Shown piece by piece: positions 1 to 7,737 of a stretch of 24,166 nucleotides of DNA; positions within the stretch are counted from its first letter, which is position 1; each line of letters opens with the position of its first letter. The position numbers were made by a program, and so were the translations under genes. The notes beneath the pieces are model-generated. The model saw only the letters and a program-made list of their open reading frames with translations, did no database searches and was not told the DNA's origin. The stretch comes from a virus (Duplodnaviria > Caudoviricetes), in IMG/VR virus record IMGVR_UViG_3300027808_000165, positions 1 through 24,166 of that record; one strand, written 5' to 3'.

Positions 1-67
1 CATACAAGTCTACTACTACTGCAGCTCCATTGCTGGCCTTAACGGTTAATATTACTGTTGGCCTCAT
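1..67 (-). CDS. 5' end of a probable tail protein (runs off the window)
   Basis: ATG at 67 overlaps the stop of 64..1344 (ATGA). Reads MRPTVILTVKASNGAAVVVDLY and stays open to the edge, in tail-module context. Confidence 0.55.
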   Translation of the reverse strand, partial: MRPTVILTVKASNGAAVVVDLY

Positions 68-1344
68 GCTGTGTAATCGTTACTGAATTTTAACATCAAT
101 TCTAAATCGGTCTTACGTGAGCTTCTGCTCTTTACTGCAGTATAGTTATTGCTATCTATTAGCACTGGTGTAGCTGAGCCATCAGGATTAATGATGTAAA
201 CTGATTCGGAGTAGATAAGATTCTTTAAGTATTCAAATTGCCCTTCGGTTAAGAAGTCAGTTCTTATACGCATCATCTTCTCTACAAATGGGCTGCGCTC
301 AGTTAAGCCTCTATCATAAGTATTAAATCCAAACGCTTCACCTGCATCAGCAGTGCCATAGTTACCTACTACCTTTCTATAGCGCTTGCGTTCCACTGAG
401 TAACTTTCCTCAGAGCGTTTAGTAAAATTGAAATAATCCCACCCACCTCTGCTATTGGTCCAGCCTAATCTTATCTTATCAAATCTGCATTCATCTGCTG
501 CTTTGAATACAGCTATTGATCGTGCAGTTGCTGTGCCTCCTGCATTTCTAAAGTTCAGTAGGTAGTGATGCCAATCTGCATCTAATCCAAATATATCATT
601 TATGTTAGCAGGCAGTAGCGGTAAGTGGTTAATAGTGCCTGCTGCTATTATACAATTTAAAACGTCAGTCTGCAGTAATGCTCCTGCCTCATCAAATTGC
701 AGTATCTGAATGTCATCTATAGCATTGCCAGTCAAAACTGAGCCATCATCTGCAGGAATAGTAAACACTCCGTAGTCATCACTAAAGCCTGTTATGCCTA
801 TTGTGTTAGCGCCTAACGAGTATTGGCTTAGCATGTCATCTAACGCATAGGTGCTTCTAACTAAATCACTCATGATGTAGCTCCCTGCTGAGTCTAATGA
901 GAAGTAGTCAGCAGGATCAGGATTAAAGCCATCGCTAATCTGAAAAGCTGCATTAATTAAAGCGCTGCCGTCTAATGGGTAAGTTGTAGCCTGCACCTCA
1001 AATAAGCCAAGCACCTCATAGCCCTCTTGAATTAGAGTACTAATGCCTAAGATATTACGTGATGTAGCAGCATCTTGCACCGTTGTAGATGCAAATAAAG
1101 ATGGCACCGCATCAGTGCTATTTACTCCTAAATCCATTGCAGAACTAACTACAGGATTAAGGTCAAATACTAAAGCTCCGTTCAGATTTGGCTGCACGTA
1201 AAAGATATTTGTAGTAGTGCCATTGCTAACAGTTAGCACATATCTAAAGCCAGGCTGCCCGATGTTAGTAGATGTAGCCACTACTATAAGCTTCTGCTTT
1301 AGAGCTGTGAATTCGTAGGGCTGCTGATGTATTGTAATTGCCAT
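64..1344 (-). CDS. putative tail/baseplate (distal tail-like) structural protein
   Basis: 426 aa, beta-rich, with a C-terminal 'RLGWTNSRGGWDYFNF' block of a type I associate with tail proteins of Bacteroidota phages; tail-module position. Confidence 0.5.
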   Translation of the reverse strand: MAITIHQQPYEFTALKQKLIVVATSTNIGQPGFRYVLTVSNGTTTNIFYVQPNLNGALVFDLNPVVSSAMDLGVNSTDAVPSLFASTTVQDAATSRNILGISTLIQEGYEVLGLFEVQATTYPLDGSALINAAFQISDGFNPDPADYFSLDSAGSYIMSDLVRSTYALDDMLSQYSLGANTIGITGFSDDYGVFTIPADDGSVLTGNAIDDIQILQFDEAGALLQTDVLNCIIAAGTINHLPLLPANINDIFGLDADWHHYLLNFRNAGGTATARSIAVFKAADECRFDKIRLGWTNSRGGWDYFNFTKRSEESYSVERKRYRKVVGNYGTADAGEAFGFNTYDRGLTERSPFVEKMMRIRTDFLTEGQFEYLKNLIYSESVYIINPDGSATPVLIDSNNYTAVKSRSSRKTDLELMLKFSNDYTA

Positions 1345-1345
1345 T

Positions 1346-1969
1346 TTATGAAGGTCTAATGTTAGTTAGTTTTCTCGTTTGATTTAAGATGTAGATGTTA
1401 ACTGCATCACTCATGGCAGCGTTAAGCTGCGGAGCGTAATCAGGTAGCCACTCTAAGTATGCATCTCTAAAATAGTAGAGAGGTGCAATACCTTTTTTCT
1501 CAATGCTCTTTGCCATAGCGTTAGCCACTCTTCTGCGCTGATCCTCATCTTTGTTAGCTGCGCTCTTAGCGAACTTAGTCATCTTGCCAGTCTCACCCAT
1601 AGCTCTCAGCTTAATCTTCTTTAGATTCATCCACGTTAAGATAGCTTCCACCGGAGGCTTGGCTGCGCTTGCTGCAAATCGTGTATCTATTCCTTTGTAG
1701 TTACTCTCCTTACCTTGTCTACCATACTCTACCCACTTAGCGTAATCAGCAGTAGAATCAAAGCCGATAGATGGCAGTGTGCCTGTTACATCTATGTTGT
1801 AATAGAGCGAAGCTGCAAGCGTGCCTGTAGTGTTAGCCTTGCGCTTCTTGCCATACCTTGTCTGCTGGATGCGAATGTTTGAGCGTGCGCTCTCAGTAAC
1901 GGATTCCCCGAAATCTAAGAGCACATCGTAAAGTGCTCCCTGTTCAAACAGCTCAGCAAGTATGCTCAT
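1346..1969 (-). CDS. HK97 gp10-like neck/tail completion protein
   Basis: Motifs TGTLAASL, YAKWVEYGR and KPPVEAILTW; basic; 207 aa. Confidence 0.6.
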   Translation of the reverse strand: MSILAELFEQGALYDVLLDFGESVTESARSNIRIQQTRYGKKRKANTTGTLAASLYYNIDVTGTLPSIGFDSTADYAKWVEYGRQGKESNYKGIDTRFAASAAKPPVEAILTWMNLKKIKLRAMGETGKMTKFAKSAANKDEDQRRRVANAMAKSIEKKGIAPLYYFRDAYLEWLPDYAPQLNAAMSDAVNIYILNQTRKLTNIRPS

Positions 1970-2088
1970 TCTTTGTCAGCCTCTTCTTTTATCTTGTTGA
2001 AGAATTGAATCAATGGTAAGCCAAATTTGACAGGCATCTCTTGAATGAAAGCGTCTAACTGCTTCAAATGTTCCTCTGTAAGATTCAT
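1966..2088 (-). CDS. small hypothetical protein (40 aa)
   Basis: MNLTEEHLKQLDAFIQEMPVKFGLPLIQFFNKIKEEADKE. The ATG at 2088 follows the upstream stop and the stop overlaps the next ATG, so I prefer it to the 2163 start. Confidence 0.6.
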   Translation of the reverse strand: MNLTEEHLKQLDAFIQEMPVKFGLPLIQFFNKIKEEADKE

Positions 2089-2090
2089 AA

Positions 2091-2345
2091 TTAGAAAGAT
2101 AAAATTGTTACTCCTATTGCACTTGCTACGCATTGCGCGACATACTCGTTGTCGTATCCCCACCCTGCGAATTCCTCTTCGGTCAATGTGTAGTTACCAT
2201 TGCTTAGTACTTTGCCTTCATCTGATTTCAATTCGTAATAGGTTGTGCAAGTCGTTGCGCTTGTTTCGAAGTTGAGAATGAGAACACTCATCTCTGTTGC
2301 TGTTCCTGCATTAAGAGGAAAGATAACGGGTTGAATTTTAGCCAT
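2091..2345 (-). CDS. small fibre-associated protein (possible fibre chaperone)
   Basis: 84 aa directly after the fibre gene, with a strong A-rich start region (AAACAAAATACAATG). Confidence 0.5.
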   Translation of the reverse strand: MAKIQPVIFPLNAGTATEMSVLILNFETSATTCTTYYELKSDEGKVLSNGNYTLTEEEFAGWGYDNEYVAQCVASAIGVTILSF

Positions 2346-2364
2346 TGTATTTTGTTTGTTAATT

Positions 2365-4620
2365 TTATAATGATGTTACTACTTCCCAACCTGCATTACC
2401 ACCTACTACCAATTTGCCTAAAGTGCTGTCATAAATCAAAGCACCTTTAACATAAGTAGGGCGTGAGCCTGTTGCGTATTGTTGAATGTTTACGCGACCT
2501 CTTAAAATCGTGTCTACAATAGATGTGTTTCCAAGTGTTGCAGTATTACTCCCCGCTCCTGTTGTGTCAAATCCGATTACTATTTGATTAGTTTGACCAT
2601 TAGCCAAAGCTCTTGTCTGTTGTCCTAAAAATACACTATTGCTTCCTGTTGTGTTGGCAGTTGAGCCGTCTGCGATATGCCTTCCCGACCATACCCCGAT
2701 AGCAGTATTTGCAGCACCCGTTACATTCATTAATGATTGTGAACCAATGGCTGTATTGTTATTCGAAGTAGTGTTGGAAATAAGCGCTTCATTTCCAATG
2801 GCTGTATTTTGAGCAGCACCTGTAATTGCGTTACCTGCTGACTTTCCGATGACAACATTGCTCGCGCCTGTATTGTTAAATCGTAACGCTTGAAATCCGA
2901 TTGCTACATTTGAATTTCCGCTTGTTATACTTTGCCCTGCTTCAAATCCAATTGCAATGTTATTACCTCCAGTTGCTGTTGCAGTCATTGAAGCAACACC
3001 GAAAGACATATTTGTTGAAATCTGTCCACCGCCTAAACCAATTGTCAGGGTATTAATTCTCGCCGTTCCATTCACATCAAGCTTGTACCCTGCGTCTGTT
3101 GTTGTGCCGATGGCTACATTGCCTCCACCATTATTTATGTAAGTAAATCCGTTATTTAGAGAAATTAATGTCTTTATATTAAAAGACGCGTCTTGAAACT
3201 GAAACTGATTTACAGCAGCTCTGAACCTTGCAGTAGTAGTGTCTGTTAAATCTTTAAAAACTATAAATCCTTGATTTGAAATATGAAGTGTATCATCACT
3301 ATTACCAACAGGTTTTAAAAATGTCTGACCTCCTGTAACATGAAGTCTATAAGCAGGAGAAGCCGTACCAATACCCAACCTACTATTCGTATTGTCCCAA
3401 AAGAAGTTAGCACTCTCCTGCAACACATTGCCCGTTCCTTCGAACAACACTCTTCCTACCGTTCCGCTTGTGATAGGTGTAGTGCCTACCGTTAAGCCTG
3501 TCGCTATCGTGAATGTTCTATTGGCTGATAAGTCTTGAGTAGTGCCGTTGATTGTGAGGCTGCGAGTAGCTGGTACTTTTGAATTAAAGGTAGTCCAATC
3601 AGTTGCAGACAAATAGCCGTCAACAGTTGTAGTCGCTTGCGGAATAGATAGCGTTCTATTAGCTGACAAATCACCGCCTCCTGTTAGTGGTGCTGTTGTG
3701 CTTATTGTGCGAGTATCAGGAACTAACCCTGCTATCGAAGGAATGGTAGGCTTGTTAAGAATCTCACTTACTCCACTAACGCTGTTCCAATCAGAGTTAA
3801 CCTGAGCAGCTGGTATGGTAGGTAAGTTATCTAAATCTCCATAGTCATTGCTAAAAGCCGTAGCTCCTAAATCAGCTGAGTTAGCCTTTAGAGCTACATC
3901 AGTTTGCAGAGCTATGATGTCATCTACTATGCCTATGATAACAGCGCAATCAGGTAAGGTTTCACACGTCAGCCCTATGTTATCTACTATTGCATACCAT
4001 CCCTTTATCCCTGCTGCATCAGTTCCATAGTAGTAACTGTTACCTGGTGCTTCCTCATCATTCAGCAAGCTTACAAATACACCATTCTGATCTAAGCTCT
4101 CAATAAATTGAAGCGCTCCAAATCCATCGTTAGGCGAGTTAGTAGGTGTGTTATAATTCCAGCTTGCAGGAATGCTGCATGCGCTCCAATCGTAATCTAA
4201 GTTAAGCTCTATGATACCTGTTACCCCTGTTAGCGTGTGAGTATACTGCTCTACAAATGGCTCAGAGTTTACCGGGCGAGTAAGCACTACATCATCACCG
4301 AACATGTGCCCTAAATGAATCTCATTGATAAGGTCTTGAAAGATAAGTGAGCAATCAGTAATGCTCTCCGCTTGGTAGCTTGTCTTATCTTCTTTGTCGC
4401 GAGGTAGATCAGAGATAAATACCTCAAAGCTAAAAGCTCTTGTGCCTGGTGAATAGTTAATAGCTCGTGGCTTAACGTGCATCCATGGCCATTCAGCTTC
4501 CTTCTCTAAATCGGCTTGGCTAATCTCTCCATGCGTAAACCTACGCAGCTGAAAGTGGCCTGCTGCGAACTGTCTAAACCTATCTACAATAACGTTATAA
4601 GTGTAATTGATTGTGCTCAT
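2365..4620 (-). CDS. tail-terminator-like N-terminal domain fused to a fibre/adhesin
   Basis: The first ~150 aa form an alpha/beta domain ending in CSIP. Fibre motifs follow (QVNSDWN..ILNKPTIP, TTAPLTGGGDLSANRT, a second DLSANRT, RLGIGT..P..LHV, YKLDVNG) and ~14-aa NxAIG beta-roll repeats. Confidence 0.65.
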   Translation of the reverse strand: MSTINYTYNVIVDRFRQFAAGHFQLRRFTHGEISQADLEKEAEWPWMHVKPRAINYSPGTRAFSFEVFISDLPRDKEDKTSYQAESITDCSLIFQDLINEIHLGHMFGDDVVLTRPVNSEPFVEQYTHTLTGVTGIIELNLDYDWSACSIPASWNYNTPTNSPNDGFGALQFIESLDQNGVFVSLLNDEEAPGNSYYYGTDAAGIKGWYAIVDNIGLTCETLPDCAVIIGIVDDIIALQTDVALKANSADLGATAFSNDYGDLDNLPTIPAAQVNSDWNSVSGVSEILNKPTIPSIAGLVPDTRTISTTAPLTGGGDLSANRTLSIPQATTTVDGYLSATDWTTFNSKVPATRSLTINGTTQDLSANRTFTIATGLTVGTTPITSGTVGRVLFEGTGNVLQESANFFWDNTNSRLGIGTASPAYRLHVTGGQTFLKPVGNSDDTLHISNQGFIVFKDLTDTTTARFRAAVNQFQFQDASFNIKTLISLNNGFTYINNGGGNVAIGTTTDAGYKLDVNGTARINTLTIGLGGGQISTNMSFGVASMTATATGGNNIAIGFEAGQSITSGNSNVAIGFQALRFNNTGASNVVIGKSAGNAITGAAQNTAIGNEALISNTTSNNNTAIGSQSLMNVTGAANTAIGVWSGRHIADGSTANTTGSNSVFLGQQTRALANGQTNQIVIGFDTTGAGSNTATLGNTSIVDTILRGRVNIQQYATGSRPTYVKGALIYDSTLGKLVVGGNAGWEVVTSL

Positions 4621-4626
4621 ATCTTA

Positions 4627-4634
4627 TAGTGGAA
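4627..4634 (-). promoter_or_regulatory. TTCCACTA intergenic motif, copy 1 (candidate late promoter element)
   Basis: Identical 8-mer at 4627, 11374, 22564 and 23189, always intergenic and in the same orientation. Confidence 0.5.
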
Positions 4635-4635
4635 T

Positions 4636-4906
4636 TTAAGTAAGCTTTTGTTGCATGCTGTTAGCGTAATCCATCGCATAGGTCAAATGGGTAAAGATGG
4701 TAGTGGCTCTCTGATTAGTTATGGCATCGAACTTAGTTACATCGCGTTCTGCCATCTCCTCTATCACGTGCCACCACTGATACACTGATGCTAATGTTTC
4801 ACCTCTTCTGCTAACTGAGTTATCTCCCTCTTCAGCGTCTCCAGCTCCTTCTCTAAATATTCGGGTGTACTGCTCACTAAATCGTTTCTGAGTGTCGAAA
4901 AAAAAA
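4636..4906 (-). CDS. -1 frameshift extension of the tail assembly chaperone (gpGT-like)
   Basis: A T9 run at 4906-4898 on the - strand. The -1 frame stays open (FDTQKRFSEQYTRIF...YQWWHVIEEMAERDVTKFDAIT...MQQKLT) to TAA at 4638-4636 and fills the gap before the next gene. The +1 frame stops within a few codons. Confidence 0.75.
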
Positions 4907-5375
4907 GCAGCGCAGCATTGACATTAGCTAAGTTAAGCTTACGCATCTGAGGCACATACTTAAGATGCACATCACTATCGTAATCCTCTATCTTATACTG
5001 CAGATTAATCTCTGCCGTTACAGGTCTATACAGAATACACATAAGCTCAGGTAGCTGATGGGGAAAGTTCTTACTGAATTCAGATAGATCTAACCACTCT
5101 CCAAAGGTCATGCTCTTAAGGTTAGGATGAAACCCGAACTTCACACCATCAATATCTATAAATTGTTTAAATACCTTCTCATCTTGGCGCAAGCCATTAG
5201 AGTAAGATGCTACTATCTTCTCAACAGTAGCCATATCTATCTTTCTAATGTCATCACGCTTTAATCCTGTTATTGCCTGAATTTGGCTGATGCTATCAGT
5301 TCCGGCATTAAGGAAATCTACATAGGTGCCTAATGTTTGATCACTGTACTTAGTGCTTATTATCTTCTCACTCAT
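4791..5375 (-). CDS. tail assembly chaperone (gpG-like, 0-frame product)
   Basis: FGFHPNLKSMTFGEWLDL and LMCILYRP motifs; slippery ALLFF site. Confidence 0.7.
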   Translation of the reverse strand: MSEKIISTKYSDQTLGTYVDFLNAGTDSISQIQAITGLKRDDIRKIDMATVEKIVASYSNGLRQDEKVFKQFIDIDGVKFGFHPNLKSMTFGEWLDLSEFSKNFPHQLPELMCILYRPVTAEINLQYKIEDYDSDVHLKYVPQMRKLNLANVNAALLFFSTLRNDLVSSTPEYLEKELETLKREITQLAEEVKH

Positions 5376-5377
5376 GA

Positions 5378-5785
5378 TTAAATGTTTGTACCGTCTATTG
5401 TAATGTTAATACTCTTTATCTCAGTGCTCAGCTCTTGCCTTTCGATGTACCCTCTCTGCTTGCCTTGTGTCTTAAGGTAAAAGATTATAGCACTTGTGTT
5501 AGGTGCATCTTTAATTGTTACTATCTCCCCATCGTGAGTTAATGCCTGGCGCTCTGCTCCTTCCATAAGCTTCTTAAGCTGCGATTCTGCAAAATCTAAA
5601 GCTACATTTTTAAGTGAAGCTACAGCAGCACTATACTCAGCATCATCTTTAAGCCATGCGTAATGCGTCTCTCTTCGTATGCCTATCTTCTCAGCTGCCT
5701 CAGTTACATTACCTAAGCTTGAGGTAAGTGCCTGAATCATAGCATCTTTTTTAATCGTTAGATTATGTGGTTGCTCCTCACTCAT
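5378..5785 (-). CDS. putative terminase small subunit
   Basis: N-terminal HTH (GNVTEAAEKIGIRRETHYAWLKDD), LDFAESQL helix, AIIFYLKTQGKQRGY and a C-terminal beta-strand. Confidence 0.7.
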   Translation of the reverse strand: MSEEQPHNLTIKKDAMIQALTSSLGNVTEAAEKIGIRRETHYAWLKDDAEYSAAVASLKNVALDFAESQLKKLMEGAERQALTHDGEIVTIKDAPNTSAIIFYLKTQGKQRGYIERQELSTEIKSINITIDGTNI

Positions 5786-6135
5786 GCTAACTTATTCTTA
5801 AAGTGTGTTATTAACTGCTCCATCTTAGAGTCATAGTATTTCGCAAAGGTAGTAAATCCCTCACTATCAACCTCATAAACTCTAAACATTATACCTCTTA
5901 ATCTTTGAGAAGGTTTCTTTAGTGTATCTTCTAACTCTGATTTAAGTGATTCTACTGCATCCAGCTCCTCACGTCTGAAGCTCTCATCTTTAAATGCAAG
6001 ATAACCGAACTGATTGGCAGTACCGAACAGTTCAGCAGCCTGAGAAGGTGTAAGCTCATTAGTGCCAAAGGTAAGTTTAAGAGTCTTATCTTTCCTTGTG
6101 CCTACTGATTCGAGCTGTGCTGGTATTAATATCAT
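5782..6135 (-). CDS. hypothetical phage protein
   Basis: 117 aa, ATGA-coupled on both sides; KPSQRLRG motif. Confidence 0.7.
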   Translation of the reverse strand: MILIPAQLESVGTRKDKTLKLTFGTNELTPSQAAELFGTANQFGYLAFKDESFRREELDAVESLKSELEDTLKKPSQRLRGIMFRVYEVDSEGFTTFAKYYDSKMEQLITHFKNKLA

Positions 6136-6314
6136 TGAGGTAATCTTTCGTAACTAAAGTACTTTAAAAAGTTGCTCATCATAAAATGAGTGTTAGTGCT
6201 GCCACCTGGTGTATAGTCTTTAGATAAAGCATTATCCATTGCTATGCCTGCAGCAAGTGCTTTCTTAAAGTCTTTGTGATTAGCGTAGTAATCAATAGCC
6301 ATTTGTTTATACAT
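6132..6314 (-). CDS. hypothetical protein (60 aa)
   Basis: ORF whose stop overlaps the next ATG. Confidence 0.55.
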   Translation of the reverse strand: MYKQMAIDYYANHKDFKKALAAGIAMDNALSKDYTPGGSTNTHFMMSNFLKYFSYERLPQ

Positions 6315-6315
6315 G

Positions 6316-6363
6316 ATATTTTTAGATTACAATCGAAAAAAACTATAATATTTTTGGATTACA
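6316..6363. repeat. 16-bp direct repeat ATATTTTTRGATTACA x2
   Basis: 6316-6331 and 6348-6363, 15/16 identical, 32-bp period. Confidence 0.7.
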
Positions 6364-6421
6364 TGTTAAATTATTTACCATAATTCGGTTATTTGTATAA
6401 TTGATTATTGATATTTAACAG

Positions 6422-6571
6422 TTATGATCCACAATAAAGGCAGTCAGGATCCTCAGCTCCCTCTCCAGCATTTAGAATCTTCTCACATTCTTTATCAATT
6501 TCTTTATCTGTGAAGTTAGGATTAAACAATTTCACTTGAGCCCTCAAAAAGTTATACTTATTATCATTCAT
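6422..6571 (-). CDS. 49-aa peptide ending in DCLYCGS (RNR C-terminal tail-like)
   Basis: MNDNKYNFLRAQVKLFNPNFTDKEIDKECEKILNAGEGAEDPDCLYCGS*, with an A-rich start region (ACTACAAATG). Below the ORF-track cutoff. Confidence 0.7.
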   Translation of the reverse strand: MNDNKYNFLRAQVKLFNPNFTDKEIDKECEKILNAGEGAEDPDCLYCGS

Positions 6572-6574
6572 TTG

Positions 6575-6700
6575 TAGTTAAGATTAGTAATATTAGTAAT
6601 AATTTAGTAAGATTAGTACTATAGTTAGTGTAATAAGCTTGAGCTATTAGCTTATAGCAGTTAGCTTATTAGCTAAGCTATTAGCTAAGTTAATTAACAT
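6575..6700. repeat. AT-rich tract with phased TTAG(T/C) repeats (candidate origin element)
   Basis: TTAGT at 6584, 6593, 6604, 6613, 6625; TTAGC at 6647, 6661, 6669, 6681. Confidence 0.55.
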
Positions 6701-6704
6701 CAAC

Positions 6705-6758
6705 AAAAGAAAAGAAAGAAAAAGAAAAAAGGTAAAAAGAAAAAGAAAGAAAAGAAAA
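6705..6758 (+). repeat. perfect homopurine mirror repeat (H-DNA/triplex-forming)
   Basis: Arms 6705-6729 and 6734-6758 are exact mirror images around AGGT. G pairs: 6724/6739, 6718/6745, 6714/6749, 6709/6754. Confidence 0.85.
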
Positions 6759-6890
6759 AGCTCCCCATAAAAACAAACTGCCTCACTCTTAAAAGAGTAT
6801 TTGTGCGATCCAAGCATTGATATTTTGCAAGTGTAGTCATTGGTTACTGAGCTTTGACTTACTCAGGTGAGTGATGTTAGCCATTTCTAT

Positions 6891-6982
6891 AAATAACAAA
6901 ACCCCAAAGAACGTATGCGCCCGTTCAAAGGGGAATTATTAAACCTTAAATCAATAATATGTCTAACAGTAATGATGCGCAT
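6891..6982 (-). ncRNA. candidate leader/attenuator RNA
   Basis: Follows a TATATTTG promoter. Ends in hairpin CCCC-UUU-GAACG(GGCGCAUA)CGUUC-UUU-GGGG plus UUUUGUUAUUU. The loop GCGCAU is complementary to the 5'-end AUGCGC. Confidence 0.5.
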
Positions 6983-6986
6983 GAGA

Positions 6987-6994
6987 CAAATATA
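6987..6994 (-). promoter_or_regulatory. Bacteroidota sigma-A -7 element TATATTTG
   Basis: Exact TAnnTTTG match in an intergenic region; -33 spacing is imperfect. Confidence 0.6.
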
Positions 6995-7030
6995 TTTAAG
7001 ATGCGTTACAAATTCTACCAATGTTAAAAA

Positions 7031-7222
7031 CTATTTTGGCTGTTGAAAACGTAGCACAGTAATGTATATCCAAAACGGAAGCCATACAAAGCCTGTAAAG
7101 ATAACACCCATGTAAGCGTACCAATGGAAAGAAGATAAGTGCCTCTGATGTCTGTAGATGTTTAGGCACAGTATGCCAGTGTGAATTAGGAAGCCTACTA
7201 AGTAGATAATTAATAGTGTCAT
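7031..7222 (-). CDS. small membrane protein (2 TM)
   Basis: 63 aa with two hydrophobic segments; ATGA-coupled. Confidence 0.65.
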   Translation of the reverse strand: MTLLIIYLVGFLIHTGILCLNIYRHQRHLSSFHWYAYMGVIFTGFVWLPFWIYITVLRFQQPK

Positions 7223-7737
7223 AGTTTTTTACGTTTAGCTTTTCTTTTCTTTTGTATTGGCTCAGGAGTGAGCTCTAAGTTAGTTAATTCTATCAATGCT
7301 TGAGCCGATTCTAATTTAGTTAGCTCAGAGATTAGCTGCTGCTCTACATCATCTACATATTTTTTAGCACATGGACCGCAGCTTGTACCAGGGTAATCTA
7401 ACTTAGTGTACTTCTTTCTCAGCTCACCAATCACTTTCATATCTTGGCTCGTTACCTGATTCTTACGCTTTAAAGATTCAATAAAGGCCAGCATGTTCTC
7501 AATTACTAATCTATCATTTAAGATAGGCCATTTCTTAGCTGGGCAATCTTTGACTGCATACATTGCCAAGTGATCTATAGGACAGCCACATGGCTTGAAT
7601 AGATGCCCATTAAGCTCAGTTGGTTTAGCGAATGGATTAATAGCATTAGTAGGAGGCCCACACGTCTTATATCGCGTGTTAAATACTTCGCAGTTATTGC
7701 AGATTTGAATCCTCGCAGCGTAGTTTTCTTTAGTCAT
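7219..7737 (-). CDS. Cys-rich (probable Zn-binding) protein
   Basis: CNNC, TCG, PCGC, CPAKKW, then SCGPC; basic C-terminal tail. Confidence 0.6.
   Translation of the reverse strand: MTKENYAARIQICNNCEVFNTRYKTCGPPTNAINPFAKPTELNGHLFKPCGCPIDHLAMYAVKDCPAKKWPILNDRLVIENMLAFIESLKRKNQVTSQDMKVIGELRKKYTKLDYPGTSCGPCAKKYVDDVEQQLISELTKLESAQALIELTNLELTPEPIQKKRKAKRKKL

Noticed and set aside
2580-3060. NxAIG repeats as a possible DGR target or CRISPR-like array
   Set aside because: These are protein-level beta-roll repeats. There is no reverse transcriptase, no template/variable pair and no constant-repeat/spacer pattern.
6700-6840. 46-codon - strand ORF ending in a Phe-rich run (…MGSFFFSFFFFLPFFFFFLFFC), stop/start-coupled to two other mini-ORFs
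   Set aside because: The Phe run is a by-product of the pyrimidine mirror repeat, whose exact symmetry coding does not explain. Not fully excluded as a leader peptide.
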